A stretch of DNA of 64,000 nt from assembly GCA_021777835.1 (NCBI GenBank), contig JAJYDC010000012.1, positions 3,295 to 67,294 on the forward strand. Direction: 5' to 3'. The translations under genes were made by a program, and so were the position numbers. The notes under the pieces were generated by a model. It had not been told where the DNA came from. It did no database searches and worked only from the letters and a program-made list of their open reading frames with translations. Source of the DNA: Bacteroidota bacterium. Lineage in GTDB: Bacteria > Bacteroidota > Ignavibacteria > Ignavibacteriales > Ignavibacteriaceae. Shown here piece by piece: positions 37,901-48,077 of the stretch. Numbering within the stretch: position 1 is the first letter of the stretch; the number at the start of each line of letters is the position of its first letter.

Positions 37901-39016
37901 ATGCGAATTGCTATAGATGCAAGAGCATTAGAAAAAAATATGACTGGAATTGGCAGATATCTATTTGATTTATTAAATGGGATTCCTCAAATTGACAATA
38001 AAAATGAATATGTTTTGTTTTCTACAGTTGCCCTGAATGGGATTGACCAAAATTTTTATAATAATATTATACTTAAGAGTTTGAATAATTATAAAAAATT
38101 ATTTTCTCCTTTTTGGCTTAATTATGTCCTTGGTAATTATCTGCTCTATAATAAATTTGATCTTTTTTTTTCTCCAAATAATCTTTGTCCTCTAAACAAA
38201 TCATTAAAACTAAAAAAAATAATTACAATTCATGATGTAATGTTCAAAATAGATAAAAGCTATTATTCTTATTATTATAGGAACTATCTGAATTTATTAT
38301 TAAGCAGGGCAATAGCTGAAGCAGATAAAGTCATTACTATTTCAGAATGTTCTAAAATAGATATAATGAAATATTATAGGATTTCCGAAAATAAAATAAA
38401 AGTAATACATCGGGCAGCAGATTCAAAATTCAAACCAAGGATAATTGAAGATAAACTGGAACAAAAGATTCGGTTAAAATATAAAATATCCGGAAAGTTT
38501 GTTTTGTATGTTGGCTTAATTGAAAATCGGAAAAATATTTTGGGTATATTAAAAATTGCAGATCTATTTATAGAGGAAAATATCGATCTAAAATTTGTAT
38601 TAATAGGTAAACCGGGATATGGATTTAATAATATTAAAAGTGAAATTGAAAAAAGACAGAAAAATGTCATTTATCTAAATTATATTAGCGATGAAGATTT
38701 ACCATTACTCTATAATTTAGCAAAAATATTTATTTTCCCTTCATTATATGAAGGATTTGGATTACCTGTATTGGAATCAATGCAGTCTGGAATTCCCGTA
38801 ATCACTTCAAATACTTCGTCCTTACCGGAGATAGTACAAGATTTCGGTATAATGCATGATCCAGATGATATAGATGGATTTTCGCAAAGCATAAAATCAC
38901 TTTTGCGCAACAATATACTATACAGTGAATATTGCAGCAGATCTTTATTGGGAGCAGAAAGATATACTCAGTATCTTCTAATTAATGATCATGTAAAGCT
39001 TTTTATGGATTTGTAA
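37901..39016 (+). CDS. Glycosyltransferase family 4 (GT-B)
   Basis: It carries the PSLYEGFGLPVLESM motif. Confidence 0.8.
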   Translation: MRIAIDARALEKNMTGIGRYLFDLLNGIPQIDNKNEYVLFSTVALNGIDQNFYNNIILKSLNNYKKLFSPFWLNYVLGNYLLYNKFDLFFSPNNLCPLNKSLKLKKIITIHDVMFKIDKSYYSYYYRNYLNLLLSRAIAEADKVITISECSKIDIMKYYRISENKIKVIHRAADSKFKPRIIEDKLEQKIRLKYKISGKFVLYVGLIENRKNILGILKIADLFIEENIDLKFVLIGKPGYGFNNIKSEIEKRQKNVIYLNYISDEDLPLLYNLAKIFIFPSLYEGFGLPVLESMQSGIPVITSNTSSLPEIVQDFGIMHDPDDIDGFSQSIKSLLRNNILYSEYCSRSLLGAERYTQYLLINDHVKLFMDL

Positions 39017-39260
39017 AAGCACTTCCTTTGATGTGGTAAAATCATACTAGTAGTATTTTTATTGAATATTGATTATTATTAAAGGAAATAAGTAAGTTCA
39101 TCGACTCAAATCGACAAATTGGTCAAATTATTTTCTAAAAATATTGGTAAAGAATTGTTTGTCAATCAACAAAAATTATAATACTAAGTAACTATTTTTT
39201 TTAATTTTTAGTTATATATTTTCAAAATATTGTATTCTAAAATATTTGGACACATTTAAT

Positions 39261-39935
39261 ATGGTTGAAAAAATAAAATACTTTTTCAGTATTCAGCGAA
39301 CCCGGGTCCTTTTTTTTAAAAATTTAGTTGAGCCTATCAGGGTGCTTGAATTAGGATGTGGTCATAATGGTAATTACGATATTTTACATAAGGTCTTTCC
39401 AAAGGCAGAATATCACGGTGTAGATATATTTGAAAAGGAGGAGGTTATTGATAATATTAAATATAAAAAAACTGATTTAAATAAAGATTTATTGCCTTAT
39501 CCTGATGGAAATTTCGATTTAATAATTTTTACTCATGTAATTGAGCATTTAAATAATTTACCTCTTTTAGGTTCAGAAATCAATCGAGTGTTAAATAGTA
39601 AAGGTTCAATTTATATTGAAACACCTAACTGGACTACAATTCTAATACCTTCGTTTGGATTTAAAAGAGACCAACATTATCCTTTTAATTTTTTTGATGA
39701 TCCAACCCATATTAAACCCTGGACAAAAAACGGTTTATATGAATTTGTTTTTAATTCTTGTAAACTGAAAATTTTAAAAGTTGGAACTGCACGTAACTGG
39801 CCAAGATTGCCGTTTGATTTTTTTCTTATTCTCTTTGGTGTTATTGCAGGGAATAGGTGGCGAATTTTGTCCTCGTTTTGGAATATATATGGGTGGTGCA
39901 TATACATAACGGGAACCAAAAATAGCGAAAAATAA
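39261..39935 (+). CDS. Class I SAM-dependent methyltransferase
   Basis: It has the VLELGCGHNGN SAM motif and the DLIIFTHVIEHL motif. I prefer the ATG at 39261 over the TTG at 39246. Confidence 0.65.
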   Translation: MVEKIKYFFSIQRTRVLFFKNLVEPIRVLELGCGHNGNYDILHKVFPKAEYHGVDIFEKEEVIDNIKYKKTDLNKDLLPYPDGNFDLIIFTHVIEHLNNLPLLGSEINRVLNSKGSIYIETPNWTTILIPSFGFKRDQHYPFNFFDDPTHIKPWTKNGLYEFVFNSCKLKILKVGTARNWPRLPFDFFLILFGVIAGNRWRILSSFWNIYGWCIYITGTKNSEK

Positions 39936-40118
39936 ATTATTAACTCAAATTGACTATAGTTGAATGTAAGTTGTTAAAGGGGGAATTTATACTTTGCCGA
40001 AAAGCAACCAGCGATTAAAAGTTGTGAGTAGCTTTGTATAAAACCATGTATATTAACTGTTTCAACGGTGTTAACGCCTAAGAAAGATTGCGTCGGGTCA
40101 AACTTTTGAGTTAATTAG

Positions 40119-41180
40119 CTATTGTATGCTTTTTACAGCTTCCAGTACTCTTTCCGGAATCAAATATTGCATACAATTATTTGGGCAAGTTGGTGAAAAA
40201 TAACAATCACAGTCAAAATCAGGCTCAAGAATTTCTCCTCTGCCATAAAGATAAAATTCATTTTTATTAAATATGTTATTAAAAAGAATCAAATTCTTTT
40301 TCAAACCTACTGCAAGATGCATTGCCATAGTAACTGCCGTAACAATAGTATTACACTGGTTTAATAAATCAATAAAAATATTAAGAGAGAAATAACCAAA
40401 ATATTTTGCTCCACTTTCCTTTTGAATAAATTTGTTTTTTTCATCTTCTTGTTCGCCTCCAAGAAGTATGACCTCATAGCCATAAGAAATTAAATCCTTG
40501 GCTAGTTTAATCCAATATTCCATAGGCCACAATCTTGAAGTCCATCTGTTTCCGCAACCAGTGTTTAATCCAATTATCTTTTTTGATTTATTTAAATCCC
40601 ATTGATTGTCAGTAGTTTGTAAATCAAGAATATATTCTTCACCCTTAAAATCATAGCCGCAAATTTCAAAAATTTCTTGAACATAATGTTTGGCATTTTG
40701 TTTATTTAAGTCATCAAATAAACCAGTTAGCCATTTATGAGTCTCAGCATCAGTTGCAATAGGCTTTGCATGGCCAAATTCGTCAATACTGTAACCTGTT
40801 TTCTTTTTAGCTGTTAGAGAATTAGTCAATGAAATTGAAATTGGGTCTTTGTCGAGATTTATCAGCCAATCAAAATTAATATTTTTAAGTAGCTCAATAT
40901 TTTCTACTGAAACATTTAGAATTCTATTAACCCAATTTTTGCTTAGAATATCAGGCGAATAAGTTAGCCATGTAATTTGAGCGTTTGTAAATTCGTTTTT
41001 GATTTTTCTTAATAAGGGAGTGGTCCTTATAACATCTCCAATCGCTCCTAATTTTATAATTAAAATCTTTTTTGAAAATTTTTCATAAGAAGGACATCCT
41101 TCACAATGATAACCGAATTCCTTATGAGGTTTGCATGGAACATCACCACGGAAGTGAATACAATCAAAATTTATGTGCAT
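40119..41180 (-). CDS. Glycosyltransferase family 9 (heptosyltransferase-like) with Cys-rich termini
   Basis: The GT9 N-terminal core is present (ILIIKLGAIGDVIRTTPLL). Extra Cys motifs occur at the N-terminus (Cx8Cx9Cx2C) and the C-terminus (DCDCYFSPTCPNNC). Confidence 0.7.
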   Translation of the reverse strand: MHINFDCIHFRGDVPCKPHKEFGYHCEGCPSYEKFSKKILIIKLGAIGDVIRTTPLLRKIKNEFTNAQITWLTYSPDILSKNWVNRILNVSVENIELLKNINFDWLINLDKDPISISLTNSLTAKKKTGYSIDEFGHAKPIATDAETHKWLTGLFDDLNKQNAKHYVQEIFEICGYDFKGEEYILDLQTTDNQWDLNKSKKIIGLNTGCGNRWTSRLWPMEYWIKLAKDLISYGYEVILLGGEQEDEKNKFIQKESGAKYFGYFSLNIFIDLLNQCNTIVTAVTMAMHLAVGLKKNLILFNNIFNKNEFYLYGRGEILEPDFDCDCYFSPTCPNNCMQYLIPERVLEAVKSIQ

Positions 41181-41396
41181 TATTTTATTTCTCTTATTTT
41201 CGAATTCAAATATATAATAAATTTATAAGAATTTTTCATAAATATATTGTAACAATTGAAAATTCTTACTTCAATTAGTTATATTTAACAATGAAATTAA
41301 TATGAAAATACTTTGATAATTAAATGTCATTTTGATTTTCTGATATTTCTAAAAATTCAATTCAACAAAAACTTTATATTTTGAGCTTGTTTTAAT

Positions 41397-42593
41397 TTGA
41401 AAATTCTAATAATTACACCGCGAATTCCATATCCGCCGTTTCGCGGAGATAAATTAAAAGTCTATAATTTAGCTAAACTTCTATCCAATAATAATTCAGT
41501 TACGATTCTAACTTTTTTAAGAAATAATAGTCAAAAAAAGGATTTGGTTAATTTAGAAAAGCATGGAATTCAAATTGAGGTGGTTAAGTTTTCTATATTC
41601 GGATCGCTTTTACAGACCTTTCTAGCTATTTTTGGAAATCTGCCTTTCCAGGCTGCATTCTTTAAATCCTCAAAAATGGAAAAGAAAGTTGTGGAGAAAG
41701 TTAAAGCTGGTGATTTTGACGTTATTTATTATCATTTAATTAGGAGCGCACAATATCTGTACTCAAATAAAACAGGCAGCAAGCCATTAAATGTAATTGA
41801 TTTTACTGATGATGTATCATTGTACTTAAAACGTTTTGCAGAGATTGAAGCTAATCCAATAAAAAGATATTTTATAAACATAGAACAAAAGCGAATAGAA
41901 AAATATGAAAGAATAGCTGAGAAATTTCATTCATTATTTATATGCTCAGACGTTGATAAAAATTTCCTAATTAATAAAGGCATAAATAAGAATGTTAACA
42001 TTTTACCAAATGGAATCGACATAGAATATTTCTATTCAGAGAAACAATCATTTGAAAAAAATAGAATTGTTTTTACGGGCAACATGCCTTACTATGCAAA
42101 TTACGATGCTGCACTTTATTTTTCTAAGGATATTTTCCCTTTAGTCTTAAAAAAAATTCCAGAATCAGAATTTTATATTGTCGGACAAAAGCCCCCGCAA
42201 AAAATTAAGATGTTGAAATCCAAAAATATTTTTGTGACTGGTTTTGTAAAAGATATAAAATTAGAGTACTTAAAAAGCGCAGTTAATGTTGCACCCATGC
42301 GCTTTGGGGCAGGTACACTTAACAAAGTAATAGAATCAATTGCATTAGGAGTGCCTGTAGTGGCAACATCCATGGCTGTAGGCGGTTTGCCTAAAGAACT
42401 AAATAAATATATTTTCGTTGCTGATGATCCTGAAGACTTTGCTAAGAAAATTATTTATATAATTCAAAACCCTATTATACGCTTTGAAATGATGGAAGAA
42501 GGCAAGAAAATAATTAGAGAAAAATTAAATTGGAAAAAGGTTGTGTCAGAATTTGAGGAATATCTTTCAAGCGAACTTTTAAAACTAGATTAA
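41397..42593 (+). CDS. Glycosyltransferase family 4 (GT-B)
   Basis: It has a TTG start. The N-terminus (KILIITPRIPYPPFRGDK) and the C-terminal motif (GAGTLNKVIESIALGVPVVAT) support the call. Confidence 0.7.
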   Translation: MKILIITPRIPYPPFRGDKLKVYNLAKLLSNNNSVTILTFLRNNSQKKDLVNLEKHGIQIEVVKFSIFGSLLQTFLAIFGNLPFQAAFFKSSKMEKKVVEKVKAGDFDVIYYHLIRSAQYLYSNKTGSKPLNVIDFTDDVSLYLKRFAEIEANPIKRYFINIEQKRIEKYERIAEKFHSLFICSDVDKNFLINKGINKNVNILPNGIDIEYFYSEKQSFEKNRIVFTGNMPYYANYDAALYFSKDIFPLVLKKIPESEFYIVGQKPPQKIKMLKSKNIFVTGFVKDIKLEYLKSAVNVAPMRFGAGTLNKVIESIALGVPVVATSMAVGGLPKELNKYIFVADDPEDFAKKIIYIIQNPIIRFEMMEEGKKIIREKLNWKKVVSEFEEYLSSELLKLD

Positions 42594-42628
42594 GTTTTGA
42601 TTATTAAATCTAATGAAAATATGTTGAA

Positions 42629-44032
42629 GTGAATAAAAAAATCGAAAAAATATTAATTCTTTCTGTCGATTTTCTATCCATAAATCTGGCTTGGTATATT
42701 TATTATCAATTTCGTGTACAAACAAGATGGTTCGGAATATTAACAGCGCCTGAATTTTATATTCCGATGTTCGTCATCTATTTCTATTGGCTTTTACTTT
42801 TTACTTTTGTCGGCATGTACAGGACATGGTTTGCTTCTTCAAGGTTCGATGAAATTTCACTTCTATTTAAAACTTCTTTTGTCGGAATATTCATTCTCTT
42901 TTTCTTAATTTTTATAGATGACTACGTGCATGGCGTGGGCTCAGCAACCAGAATACTTATTTTCGTTTATTGGGGGCTTTTCCTTGTATTTGTCGGAACG
43001 GGTAGAGTTTTTATTAGAAGTTTCCAAAGAAATTTATTAATAAAAGGTATTGGCAGAAAAAATACACTCATTGTAGGAATAAACTCAAAAGCTACAGAAG
43101 TTCATCATCAACTTCAAAAACATCAGGCGCTTGGTTTAGATGTTATAGGTTATGTTTCAGTATCAAAATCAAGTTTAAATGAAACCTTTAATGATATCCA
43201 AATTGCCGGATCTATAAAAGACATTGAAGAGCTCATAGATCGAAACAATGCAAAAGAAATTATTATTGCACTTGAAAAGGATGAAAGGGATTATCTGATC
43301 GAAATTATTGCTAAATGTGAATCGAGAAATGTTGGACTTAAAATAGTCCCTGATTTATATGAGATTTTGAGCGGACAAGCGCGCACTGCACAAATCTACG
43401 GCATTCCCTTAATAGACATTATTCCTCAGTTAATGCCGGAATGGGAAAAGAAAATCAAAAGGATAATTGACATCATTGTTTCATTAATAATTATAATTAT
43501 AACATTGCCTGCTACCGTAATATCATCAATTGCAATTGTCTTAGAAAGCAAAGGAGGAATTTTTTTCAAGCAAGATAGATGCGGGATAAACGGAAAGGTA
43601 TTTAAAATTTATAAATTTCGTTCAATGAAAAAGGATGCTGAAAAAAATACTGGTCCGGTTTGGTCACAAAAGGATGACCCCAGAATTACCAAAGTTGGTA
43701 AGTTTATTCGTAAAGTTCGTATTGATGAAATTCCACAGATGTTAAATGTATTAAAGGGTGAAATGAGTATCGTCGGTCCCCGACCTGAACGCCCTTTCTT
43801 CGTTGAAAAATTATCAGAAGAAATTCCTTACTACAAAAGAAGGTTAAAAGTCCGGCCCGGTATTACCGGATGGGCGCAGGTTAAACATAAATATGATGAA
43901 ACAATCGAAGATGTAAAGATTAAGCTTCGATATGATCTCTTTTATATTGAAAATATGTCTCTTCGGATGGACTTTAAGATTTTGTTTAGAACAGTGTTTG
44001 TTGTCCTTCTCGGTAAAGGTCATTATGAATAA
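42629..44032 (+). CDS. Polyprenyl-phosphate glycosyl-1-phosphate transferase (WbaP/EpsL-type initiating sugar transferase)
   Basis: Multiple TM helices and a CoA-binding-like linker precede a complete Bac_transf core: KIYKFRSM, RIDEIPQMLNVLKGEMSIVGPRPE and RPGITGWAQV. Confidence 0.85.
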   Translation: MNKKIEKILILSVDFLSINLAWYIYYQFRVQTRWFGILTAPEFYIPMFVIYFYWLLLFTFVGMYRTWFASSRFDEISLLFKTSFVGIFILFFLIFIDDYVHGVGSATRILIFVYWGLFLVFVGTGRVFIRSFQRNLLIKGIGRKNTLIVGINSKATEVHHQLQKHQALGLDVIGYVSVSKSSLNETFNDIQIAGSIKDIEELIDRNNAKEIIIALEKDERDYLIEIIAKCESRNVGLKIVPDLYEILSGQARTAQIYGIPLIDIIPQLMPEWEKKIKRIIDIIVSLIIIIITLPATVISSIAIVLESKGGIFFKQDRCGINGKVFKIYKFRSMKKDAEKNTGPVWSQKDDPRITKVGKFIRKVRIDEIPQMLNVLKGEMSIVGPRPERPFFVEKLSEEIPYYKRRLKVRPGITGWAQVKHKYDETIEDVKIKLRYDLFYIENMSLRMDFKILFRTVFVVLLGKGHYE

Positions 44033-44050
44033 TTTAATTTTTGGAGTTCT

Positions 44051-44770
44051 ATGGAGAAAAGTTTAATAATAATCCCGACTTATAATGAGCTTGAAAATAT
44101 TCAAAAAATGATACCTGAAATATTTGGGCTATATGAAGACAACTTAGACATTCTTGTTGTCGATGATAATTCACCTGATGGCACAGGAAGTTTTGTTGAA
44201 GAGCTTTCTAAGAAGAATAACAGAGTAAAAATTATTCGACGAGAGAAAAAATCCGGCCTAGGCACCGCTTATGTGGAAGGATTTAAGTTTGCATTAAAGA
44301 ATGATTATGATTTTATTTTTGAAATGGATGCAGACTTCTCACACGACCCAAAGGAAATAAGAAACTTCCTTAAAGCTGTAAAGGATTATGACCTGGTGTT
44401 AGGCAGCAGATATATTGCGGGCATAAGCGTAGTAAATTGGCCAATGAGGAGATTAATTCTAAGCTATTTAGCTAATCTATACACAAGAATAATTACAGGA
44501 CTGCCTGTTAAAGATGCTACCGGAGGGTTCAAATGTTTTCGAAACAAGGTTCTTAAATCTATAAACTTTGAAAAGGTAAAGTCCAATGGCTATGCTTTTC
44601 AGATTGAAATAACTTATAAAGCATGGAAGAACGGGTTTAGTGTCTTTGAAATACCGATAATTTTTATAGACCGTACAACCGGCACTTCTAAGATGTCAAA
44701 GAGAATTGTTCGCGAAGCAATCTTTATGGTCTGGAAACTTCGTTTAAGAAGTATTTTTGGACTTTTATAA
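44051..44770 (+). CDS. Polyprenol-phosphate mannosyl/glycosyl transferase (GT2, DPM1-like)
   Basis: It has the motifs IIIPTYNELENI, VVDDNSPDGT and EMDADFSHDP. Confidence 0.8.
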   Translation: MEKSLIIIPTYNELENIQKMIPEIFGLYEDNLDILVVDDNSPDGTGSFVEELSKKNNRVKIIRREKKSGLGTAYVEGFKFALKNDYDFIFEMDADFSHDPKEIRNFLKAVKDYDLVLGSRYIAGISVVNWPMRRLILSYLANLYTRIITGLPVKDATGGFKCFRNKVLKSINFEKVKSNGYAFQIEITYKAWKNGFSVFEIPIIFIDRTTGTSKMSKRIVREAIFMVWKLRLRSIFGLL

Positions 44771-44782
44771 ATAGGATTGGTA

Positions 44783-46765
44783 ATGGAATTATCCATAATT
44801 ATAGTCAATTATAATGTAAAGGAATTCCTTCAGAATTTACTGCACTCAATTGCAAAGGCTTCTCAAAATATTATAAGTGAAATCATTGTTGTAGATAATG
44901 CTTCCGACGATGGTAGTCCGGAATTAATCAGAGAGAATTTTCCTAATGTTAAACTCATCGTCAATGAAGAAAATCTTGGTTTCAGTAAAGCTAACAACAT
45001 AGGTCTCAAAGCAGCGTCAGGTGATTTTCTCCTTTTAATAAATCCCGATACAATCGTAAGGGAAGACACATTTCAAAAAATGTTGAAATTTTTTGAAGAA
45101 TTTCCGACTGCAGGTATGGCTGGTTGTAAAATTCTAAATCCGGATGGAACTCTTCAACTTGCTTGCCGCAGGAGTTTTCCGGGACCCTGGACTTCGTTTT
45201 GCAAAGTAACGGGACTTAGCTCTATCTTTCCTAATAGCAAGATGTTTGCGAGCTACAATTTAACATATCTGGATGAAGATCAAACCTATGAAGTAGATGC
45301 CATATCAGGTTCTTTTATGATGATAAGAAAAGAAGCCATGAAATTGGTTGGAGGACTTGACGAACAGTTCTTTATGTACGGAGAAGACCTAGATCTTTGT
45401 TATAGAATTCAAAAAGCCGGGTTTAAAGTTTTCTACGTTCACTCAACTCAAATTATCCATTACAAAGGCGAAAGTACAAAACGCAGCAGTATAGATGAAA
45501 CAAAGATCTTTTACGATGCAATGAAACTTTTTGTAAAAAAGCATCTATCAAATTCCTTTCTGGTTGAATTAATTTTAACTACAGCAATTACTTTTAGGAA
45601 GTTCTTTGCTTTTCTTGGGAAAAGAAAGCTTATAATTATGTCGGTTTTTTTTGATATAATTTTCTTTGACCTTTCAATATATGCAGCAGATAAAATTTAT
45701 TCGCACTTTGGGCATTGGCGAGGTTTCCCGGCCTTTAGCATACCGATAGTGTATTCTGTGCCGGTGCTACTTCACATTTTTGTTGCAATGATTTCGGGAG
45801 TATATAAGAAAGATTCCCTTTCCGTACTTAAAAACTATATGGCAACAATAATTAGCTTTTTTCTGTTGTCATCCTTAACCTTTTTTGTTAAACAGTACGC
45901 ATACAGCAGAGCCGCAGTAATTATAACCTATATTATACTACTTTTTAGCCTGGCATTTTGGAGATCAATATTAAAAATATTCTTTAGAGTTGGTATTAGT
46001 CATGATGGCTTTACGAGCAAAAGGACATTGATAGTCGGCACGAGCAATAATGCTGTACAAATAGCAAAAAAATTAAGGATGCGGGAATCCGATTACCATT
46101 CTGTTTCCGGCTTAATTGGTTTTTCATATAAAGAAATAGGAAATAAATTTGATGAATTTGAAGTATTAGGCAGCGTTGAAAATATCATTAAAGTGATTCG
46201 TGAAAGAAAAATTAACGAAATCATTTTTTCTACAGAAGAACTTTCATACAATCAAATGATGTCTATAGTGTCAAATTGTCGAAATGAACCAGTTGAATTT
46301 AAACTAATCGGGAACAATTTGGATTTTTTGGTCGGCAAAACTTCAGTTTCAATTTTAGATGATATGCCGATATTTGAAATTAAATACAATATATCAAACC
46401 CAGTACTTCGATTATTTAAAAGTGTATTCGACTTTACTTTAGCTTCTTTAGTTTTGTTTTTTATTTATCCTTTCATATATTTGATTTCGAAGGCAGGCGC
46501 TGAAAGAAGTGAATTCAAAAACTTTGTACTTAGCACCCCTTTGATTTTTAGCGGTAAAGTTAGCTTCGTTGGACCCAAGTTCAGCAAAAAGGAAAAGACT
46601 ATCTACCTTGGTAAAAAAGGGTTAACGGGTTTGTGGTATATTGAAAGCCCTCAAGAATCGGAAAATGATAAACTTGATATTCTTTACGCAAAAAACCAAA
46701 ACATCTGGCTGGATTTAGAAATTTTAAGCAAGACATTGACTAAAATGTGGGACAAACGGAAATAA
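44783..46765 (+). CDS. Fusion protein: N-terminal GT2 glycosyltransferase plus a C-terminal WbaP-like membrane/linker region with a degenerate sugar-transferase core
   Basis: The GT2 motifs [17 protein letters not shown] and LLLINPDT are present. TM helices follow, then a linker ([17 protein letters not shown]). The tail aligns with the neighbouring transferase but lacks the KFRSM and DEIPQ motifs. Confidence 0.65.
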   Translation: MELSIIIVNYNVKEFLQNLLHSIAKASQNIISEIIVVDNASDDGSPELIRENFPNVKLIVNEENLGFSKANNIGLKAASGDFLLLINPDTIVREDTFQKMLKFFEEFPTAGMAGCKILNPDGTLQLACRRSFPGPWTSFCKVTGLSSIFPNSKMFASYNLTYLDEDQTYEVDAISGSFMMIRKEAMKLVGGLDEQFFMYGEDLDLCYRIQKAGFKVFYVHSTQIIHYKGESTKRSSIDETKIFYDAMKLFVKKHLSNSFLVELILTTAITFRKFFAFLGKRKLIIMSVFFDIIFFDLSIYAADKIYSHFGHWRGFPAFSIPIVYSVPVLLHIFVAMISGVYKKDSLSVLKNYMATIISFFLLSSLTFFVKQYAYSRAAVIITYIILLFSLAFWRSILKIFFRVGISHDGFTSKRTLIVGTSNNAVQIAKKLRMRESDYHSVSGLIGFSYKEIGNKFDEFEVLGSVENIIKVIRERKINEIIFSTEELSYNQMMSIVSNCRNEPVEFKLIGNNLDFLVGKTSVSILDDMPIFEIKYNISNPVLRLFKSVFDFTLASLVLFFIYPFIYLISKAGAERSEFKNFVLSTPLIFSGKVSFVGPKFSKKEKTIYLGKKGLTGLWYIESPQESENDKLDILYAKNQNIWLDLEILSKTLTKMWDKRK

Positions 46766-46767
46766 CT

Positions 46768-47718
46768 ATGGCAAAGACAATATTAGATTTTGAGAAACCA
46801 ATCGCAGAATTAGAGGCAAAGCTTGAAGAGATGAAAAAGCTTTCCGATAAAATAAATATTGAAGATGAAATCACAATGATAGAAGAAAAGGCGAAATTAA
46901 TTAAAGAAAGTGTTTACAAAGATTTAACTAGATGGCAGCGTGTCCAGCTTGCACGACACCCGGATCGCCCTTATACACTTGACTACATATATGCCATGAC
47001 TAATAACTTTGTCGAGCTTCACGGAGATAGAGGTTTTAAAGATGATAAAGCAATTGTCGGCGGATTTGCTTCGATAGATGAACATAAAGTAATGATTATC
47101 GGGCATCAAAAAGGACGTGATACAAAATCAAATGTTTATAGAAATTTTGGAATGCCAAACCCGGAAGGTTACCGTAAAGCACTTCGTTTAATGAAACTTG
47201 CAGAAAAGTTTGGAAAGCCAATTATTACTATGATAGATACTCCCGGAGCTTTCCCGGGACTCGAAGCAGAGGAGAGAGGGCAGGCTGAAGCAATTGCAAG
47301 AAATCTTTTTGAAATGAGCCGTCTTCGTGTACCCATAATTGTTGTTATTATTGGTGAAGGAGCAAGCGGCGGTGCCTTAGGTATTGGTGTCGGCGATAGA
47401 ATTTTAATGCTTGAAAATTGCTGGTATTCAGTTATTAGTCCTGAATCATGTTCTAGTATTCTGTGGAGAAGCTGGGATTTTAAAGAGCAAGCAGCCGAGG
47501 CATTAAAACTAACTGCGCCAGACTTATTTGAACAAAAATTGATTGATCGTATTGTATCCGAACCCCTCGGAGGCGCGCATAAAGACCACTTGCAAGCGGC
47601 TAACAACCTCAAAACAGTACTGAAAGAAGAACTAGAAAACCTTAGCAAAATAAAGGCTGAAAAATTGATAGAAGGCAGGCTTGAAAAATTTGGTAGAATG
47701 GGTGCATATGTTGAGTAA
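46768..47718 (+). CDS. accA: Acetyl-CoA carboxylase carboxyltransferase subunit alpha
   Basis: The start is reassigned to the ATG at 46768 ([16 protein letters not shown]). It has AccA motifs: [20 protein letters not shown] and [10 protein letters not shown]. Confidence 0.9.
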   Translation: MAKTILDFEKPIAELEAKLEEMKKLSDKINIEDEITMIEEKAKLIKESVYKDLTRWQRVQLARHPDRPYTLDYIYAMTNNFVELHGDRGFKDDKAIVGGFASIDEHKVMIIGHQKGRDTKSNVYRNFGMPNPEGYRKALRLMKLAEKFGKPIITMIDTPGAFPGLEAEERGQAEAIARNLFEMSRLRVPIIVVIIGEGASGGALGIGVGDRILMLENCWYSVISPESCSSILWRSWDFKEQAAEALKLTAPDLFEQKLIDRIVSEPLGGAHKDHLQAANNLKTVLKEELENLSKIKAEKLIEGRLEKFGRMGAYVE

Positions 47719-48077
47719 TTTTTTCTAAGTTTCAGATATTTACAATCTATTTGTATTGTATCGCTATTCTTTTGTTTTTTTCGCATCAATTATAACTTTA
47801 AAATCATTAAACCTCAGATAATAATTCTTAACTTCACTAACGCATAATTCTTATTACTACTAAGAACATTGCGTATATGCAGATTATTGCTATTTGTTCA
47901 ATTATATATTGTCACAATAATTTTTATAAACTTCTAAAAATAATATCCTTCTTCATTTTGAAACTAATATAGAAAGATACTTGATATGAATTTTTGCTAA
48001 CTAGTTTCCTATTGCTTAAAATAGAAAATTAAGGTAGCTTTTATTATTGCTTAACAAAAATATTCTTTGGCAAACAA

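Noticed and set aside
47169-47789. A 206-aa ORF antisense to accA, together with many 60-120-aa antisense or embedded ORFs in the track (for example 111-332, 6744-6989, 9760-10065, 17228-17536, 19872-20192, 21392-21760 and 60856-61399).
   Set aside because: All lie fully inside long ORFs that carry clear family motifs on the other strand or in another frame. Their translations are low-complexity (rich in S, L, R and F), and they have no RBS or recognisable motifs.
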